Origin: Dictyostelium discoideum
Lineage: Eukaryota
Length of the DNA stretch: 64,000 nucleotides
Assembly: GCA_000004695.1 (NCBI GenBank)
Contig: CM000153.2
Span: 768,001-832,000 of the forward strand
Reading direction: 5' to 3'
Each line of letters begins with the position of its first letter. Position 1 is the first letter of the stretch. The notes under the pieces were generated by a model, which saw nothing but the letters and a program-made list of their open reading frames with translations, made no database searches and had not been told where the DNA came from. The position numbers and the translations under genes are program-made. Positions 59,565-64,000 of this stretch are shown here, in pieces.

Positions 59565-61532
59565 ATGTCAGACCAAGAGTATTATAAAGATGTGAGTTTT
59601 ATTATTTATTATTTATTTATTTTTTTTTTTATTTTTGTTTTAAAAAACTAAAATTTTTTTATTTTTTCTTATTTTTTATTTTTTATTTTTTATTTTTTTA
59701 AATATATATAGTTTAGTAATAAAATTATTAAAGAAAGAAAAAAGAATATTGAAAATGATGAATCAAAAGTGATTTATTTTACATTAGCAGGTAGTCATTC
59801 ATTTAATTTAAATGTTGAAAGTAGTGATAAGGATTATTTTGGTGTTTATTGTTCAGATATTGATGATATATTAGTTGGTGATATTAAACAACCAATTATT
59901 GATAGTCATGAACCAGATGATTATATTTTATTTGAAGTTGAAAGATTTTGTGAACTTTTATATAAAGGTAATCCAAAATTGATAGAACCAATGTTTACCA
60001 CAAGATTTTGTTACAAATCACCAATTTGGGAACAACTTTTCTTAAATAGAAAAGAATTAATTAGTCAATCTGCAATTCAACATTATTTAAGTTATAGTAA
60101 ATCTCAAATGGGTGATGCATCAAAATTAATCTTTAAAAACGGCTCACCAATTTCAATTGAATGTGGTGGGTCAGAACAAGAGGAAGAAGATAAAAAGAAA
60201 TTACTATTATCAATGATTAATAGTAATCATAGTTATTGTAAAAAGTTATATCATACCTATAGATTGCTATTGGACACTAAAAGAATGTTGGAATTGGGTG
60301 AACCAATGGTATATTTACAAGGTGAAGAAAGGGAGAAAATTATGAAAATTCGTATGGGTGAAGAGGATTTAACTGCAACTTTAGCAGAGATTCAACAATT
60401 ATTCAATCAATGTTATACAAGATTTCAAGAGGTTAAAGAAAAGAAATTAATTCAAGAGAATTTAAATATTAAAGTTTTAAATGACTGGTTAATTAAAGTT
60501 AGAAAACAATCTTATCTCCAAAAGGAGGCATCGTCACTTGGTATAACAAGTGGAAAATATACAGATGCTGATTTTGAAATCAGCGATATTAAATCATATA
60601 ATCTTTTGAAAGTTTATAACCATTTTCAATCACTATTAACAAAACATAAATTGGAGGGTGCTAGAATTTTAATGATAAAAAGATCAGGTTCAGTATCTCA
60701 TAATCTTAAACATGAGAATGAGGAATCCTTCGACGAAGAAAATGGCGTTGAGAAAAAGGAGGATTGGATCGGTGTATATGTAGCACCAACTGAGTCAATA
60801 TTTTCATTATATCCACCACCAAGACGTATAGATTCCACAACAGTGCTTTGCACAAGTTCAAAAATTGAAGAACCCGAGGACAACACAAATCAAAGGGACA
60901 CTTATTTAAGTGGTATTCAATTATTTGAATTGGGTTATTTCATTCAATTGTTATCATCTGGTAATCATCGTGTTGTTGAATGTTTTTATGATAAGAATTC
61001 CGCTAGTGATTTGGTTGAAACTAAAATTTGGAAAGATATTAAAAACCTGGAAGTAAATTCAAACTTTTTATCAATCAATTTAATTCATCATTGTTGGGGT
61101 GTTTCTAAAGGGTTGGTTGAAAAACTTCAAAGATCTCCTTCATTCTCACCTTCAACTCCATTATCTCCAAATACTTCAAATGTAATTCCACTCTCTGAAA
61201 AACGTAAATCGCTTTATCATGCTCAAAGATTAATCAATAGAGCAGAGGAGATTTTAGATAAAAAAAATTTCACTGTCTATCTTGATGAAGATGATGATTC
61301 AACTGAAAGAAATCTACTCTTAAGAATTAAAAACTCTTCAGATTTCAATTCTGATCAATTAGTATCTCTCACAACAAGTTGTCTCAATCAAATTAAATCT
61401 GTAAATGATAAAATTCAAAAACTTTCAAATATTTCTTCTGCTGATAAAAAATTAAATGAATTATCAATTAAACAATCTTTAAAAACAATTTTAATTAAAA
61501 TTAGAAAATCAATGATTAAAATCATTGTATAA
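59565..61532 (+). CDS. Predicted nucleotidyltransferase-fold protein (Pol-beta superfamily, GS-x10-D-x-D motif). Two exons: 59565..59591 and 59712..61532.
   Basis: Long ORF with 'LAGSHSFNLNVESSDKDYFGVY' (hG[GS]x9-13DxD NTase signature). No in-frame ATG at its 5' end. A 9-codon first exon 'MSDQEYYKD' ends at a GTGAGT donor, with a 'tatatag' acceptor at 59711, phase 0. Confidence 0.55.
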
Positions 61533-61555
61533 ATAAATAAAAAAATTAATTAATT

Positions 61556-61591
<36 letters not shown>

Positions 61592-61855
61592 TGGTTTGGT
61601 TTGGGTATTGCCCAATAGTTTTTTTTTTTTTTTTTTGTAATAATTATTTTTTTAAAATAAAATCAGCCACCCAGTTTTTTTCTTTGAAAACTTTTATTTT
61701 TTTTTATTTTTTTTATTTTTTTATTTTTTTTTATTTTTTTTCCAAAACAAATTTTTTTTATTATAAAAAAAAAAAATCAAAAAATCAAAATATCTAATAA
61801 ATAAATAATAAATAAATAATAAATAATAAATTAATAAATAAATAAATAAATTAAA

Positions 61856-62504
61856 ATGGCAAGCAAAGTTGACTATCAATCTGGTAAAAAACATGGCCTT
61901 CAATTAAAAAATCAAGAAAGTGAATTAGATTCAATAGCTGCAGAATTTGCTGGTGTATGTTTTTTTTTTTTTTTTTTTTTTTTTATACACTTTTTTATTT
62001 TTTTATTTAATTTTTTTATTTATTTAATTTTTTTATTTATTTAATTATTTATTTTATAAATTTACTAATAAAATATAATATTGATAATAATTAGGAATTA
62101 GATGAAGCAACTCTTTCAAAATATAAAACTCAATTCATGAGTTATGATATTAATAACTCTGGTGATATTGATCATTATGAACTCCAACTTTTAATGGAAA
62201 AAATTAATCAACCAAAGACTTATTTGGAATTAAAAAAAATGATTGAACAAGTTGATTCAACTGGTATGATATGTTATTAAAAAATTCAATTAGTTTTATA
62301 TATTAATATTTTTATTAATTATTAACTCATTATTTTAATTAAATTAAAGGTAAGGGAGCAATTAACTTTAGAGATTTCATTAAAATGATGACAGGAAAGA
62401 CATCTTCAATTTTACAAAAAATTTTAATGTTTGAAGAAATGGGAAAGAAATCTGAACAACCAAAAGGAATTCCACAAAAAAGATCAATTAGCGATTTACC
62501 ATAA
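61856..62504 (+). CDS. Allograft inflammatory factor 1 (AIF1/Iba1)-like EF-hand protein. Three exons: 61856..61954, 62095..62263, 62350..62504.
   Basis: Colinear with AIF1: 'GKKHGLQLKNQE', EF-hand 'YDINNSGDIDHYELQLLMEKINQPKTYLELKKMIEQV', 'FRDFIKMMTGKTSSILQKILMFEE', C-terminal 'ISDLP*'. GTATGT and GTATGA donors with '..aattag' and '..ttaaag' acceptors, phases 0 and 1. Confidence 0.8.
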
Positions 62505-62930
62505 TTCTAATTATCCAAAGTAAAAAAAAAAAAATAAAAATAAAAAAAAAACTATTTATTAATAAAATAATCTATGTAAAAAGATACATTCTTTTTTTTT
62601 TTTAAAATTTTATTTATTTATTTTTTAAACAAATGGTTTCGGTCGAAAAAAAATAAATCAAAGATTTAAATTTATATTTGAAATCATTAAAATTATAAAT
62701 TAAACAAATTTGTGTAATGCATCCAAAAAAAGTTAATAATAACAATTGAATAAACACAATCAAAACTATAAAAAATGAAAAATCATAAACTTTTTTCTTT
62801 TTTTTTTTATAATACAATAACTTCGTTTATTTTTTTTTACCTATTAGGAAATAGGAAAAGACATTTAATAATTAATTTGGACAAAGTTTAAGTGTTTGAA
62901 TAATAAATTTGGGTTTTATGGTCAATAGAT

Positions 62931-63128
62931 TTAATTAAATCTTCGAATGGGATACCCTGAATTAAATTTTCTTAGCCAATTTTGTTTTTTGCAATTGTTT
63001 GAGCATCTGGTAGTGCACACACATGTGCAAGTACAATTACTATTGCAGGTTTGTGTACCGTATTGAGTAATTTCTGGTTTTCTAACAAAGAAAGATAAAA
63101 CTTCGAGTTCTAATTGTGCTTCTGACAT
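62931..63128 (-). CDS. Possible small Cys-rich protein (65 aa)
   Basis: The ORF has a real ATG and non-repetitive composition ('[21 protein letters not shown]'). No homology recognised. It could be spurious. Confidence 0.2.
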
Positions 63129-63477
63129 TTTCGTTGATATAAAAAATAGTTTATTGATATTTAAAAAAAAAATTGGTCAAAAATTAAAAAAATAATTATT
63201 TAATAAAAATATAAAAAATGAAAAACAATTAAAAGTTTAAAAAAAAACAGTATAAATAAGTTAAAAAAAAAAAAAAAAAAAAAAATATATTATTAATAAC
63301 TATATCGTTGGCAATTGACCCTTTTTTTTTATTTTTTTTTAATAATTTTTATACTGTTATAAAAATTAACTGTATCCTATTTCTATGGGTTTAAAAAAAT
63401 TTATTCCAAAATACTCTTATAGAGCATTATAATTAAATTATTAGATTTGGTGAAAGATTAAATAATATAGTCTTTAG

Positions 63478-63810
63478 TTCAAAAATACACCAGATTCTTT
63501 AATATTTGCTGAAATAATTTCAAATTGCGCCAATACTCTTGATGAATTTGTTTTTCCTGTTGTGTGTAGTAATTTAAATTCAATTGCAAAAGAAAATATG
63601 AAAAGCCCATCTTTTGAAGTTTACAAATCTTTATTTATGGAAAATGATTCAACAACTAAATTTGTAAATCAATTCTTTTTAACTTACCCACAAATTGGAC
63701 ATTCAATGAGAAGCTTTTTAGATAATAATATCAATAATATTGAAAATTGTTTATCTAGATTACAATCAGATTGGGATAGTATTAAAAAGTGGTTTGCTAC
63801 CCAATTGTAA
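63478..63810 (+). CDS. Partial or unplaced coding segment (open frame without an in-frame ATG). Coding-like composition continues to the window end.
   Basis: Frame open from 63478 ('FKNTPDSLIFAEIISNCANTLDEFVFPVVCSNLNSIAKENMKSPSFEVYKSLFMEND...KKWFATQL*'). Normal base composition downstream, 63811..64000, suggests a further exon beyond the window. Confidence 0.25.
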   Translation, partial: FKNTPDSLIFAEIISNCANTLDEFVFPVVCSNLNSIAKENMKSPSFEVYKSLFMENDSTTKFVNQFFLTYPQIGHSMRSFLDNNINNIENCLSRLQSDWDSIKKWFATQL

Positions 63811-64000
63811 CCCACTTTCTATCCAGAGGATATCAAGCTAACCAGGAGAAACAATTGTTAATGTTGGATGTACATCATTTTATTCAACTTATTTAGTTTC
63901 AAATTCCAATCTCAAATTTGAAAATGAATCAATTCAAAATTATACAGATATAATTTATTCCTATGGGTGTATTGATACACTAATTTCTTCACCACCAACA

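Overview
Highly AT-rich (~78-80% AT) eukaryotic nuclear DNA. Codon usage, poly-Asn/Gln/Ser tracts encoded by (AAT)n/(CAA)n, and short AT-rich GT..AG introns are typical of a dictyostelid social amoeba (Dictyostelium-like). The six-frame track counts GTG/TTG starts as 'M', and many of its ORFs are antisense or low-complexity artefacts.

Genes supported, in order:
- A multi-exon ABC half-transporter (minus strand).
- A GPI-like secreted LRR-like surface protein.
- A MEF2-type MADS-box transcription factor, followed by an unusually long (~5.9 kb) ORF-free upstream region.
- A small hypothetical 3-exon gene.
- An 8-exon cysteine-rich modular secreted glycoprotein with internally duplicated exon pairs and mucin-like repeats.
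- A Yip1-family protein.
- A PRP40-like WW/FF splicing factor.
- A low-complexity protein with a KAT14-like GNAT domain.
- A Ras-family GTPase.
- An EGF-like secreted protein with unresolved frame breaks.
- A C2-domain protein.
- Calreticulin (HDEL), COP9 signalosome subunit 1, a second Cys-rich secreted protein, a Pol-beta-type nucleotidyltransferase-like protein, and an AIF1/Iba1-like EF-hand protein.

The most striking region is 36.0-52.3 kb, a minus-strand tandem array of at least three near-identical paralogs plus a degraded fragment. The full-length form encodes B-box-like zinc finger, TRAFAC-type P-loop GTPase (IRG/GIMAP/septin-like), a long poly-N linker, a RING-like Cys/His motif, a patatin-like phospholipase, and a conserved C-terminal domain. 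The array shows recent duplication, an exon-deletion variant and a frameshifted copy. This looks like a birth-and-death, immune-like effector family.
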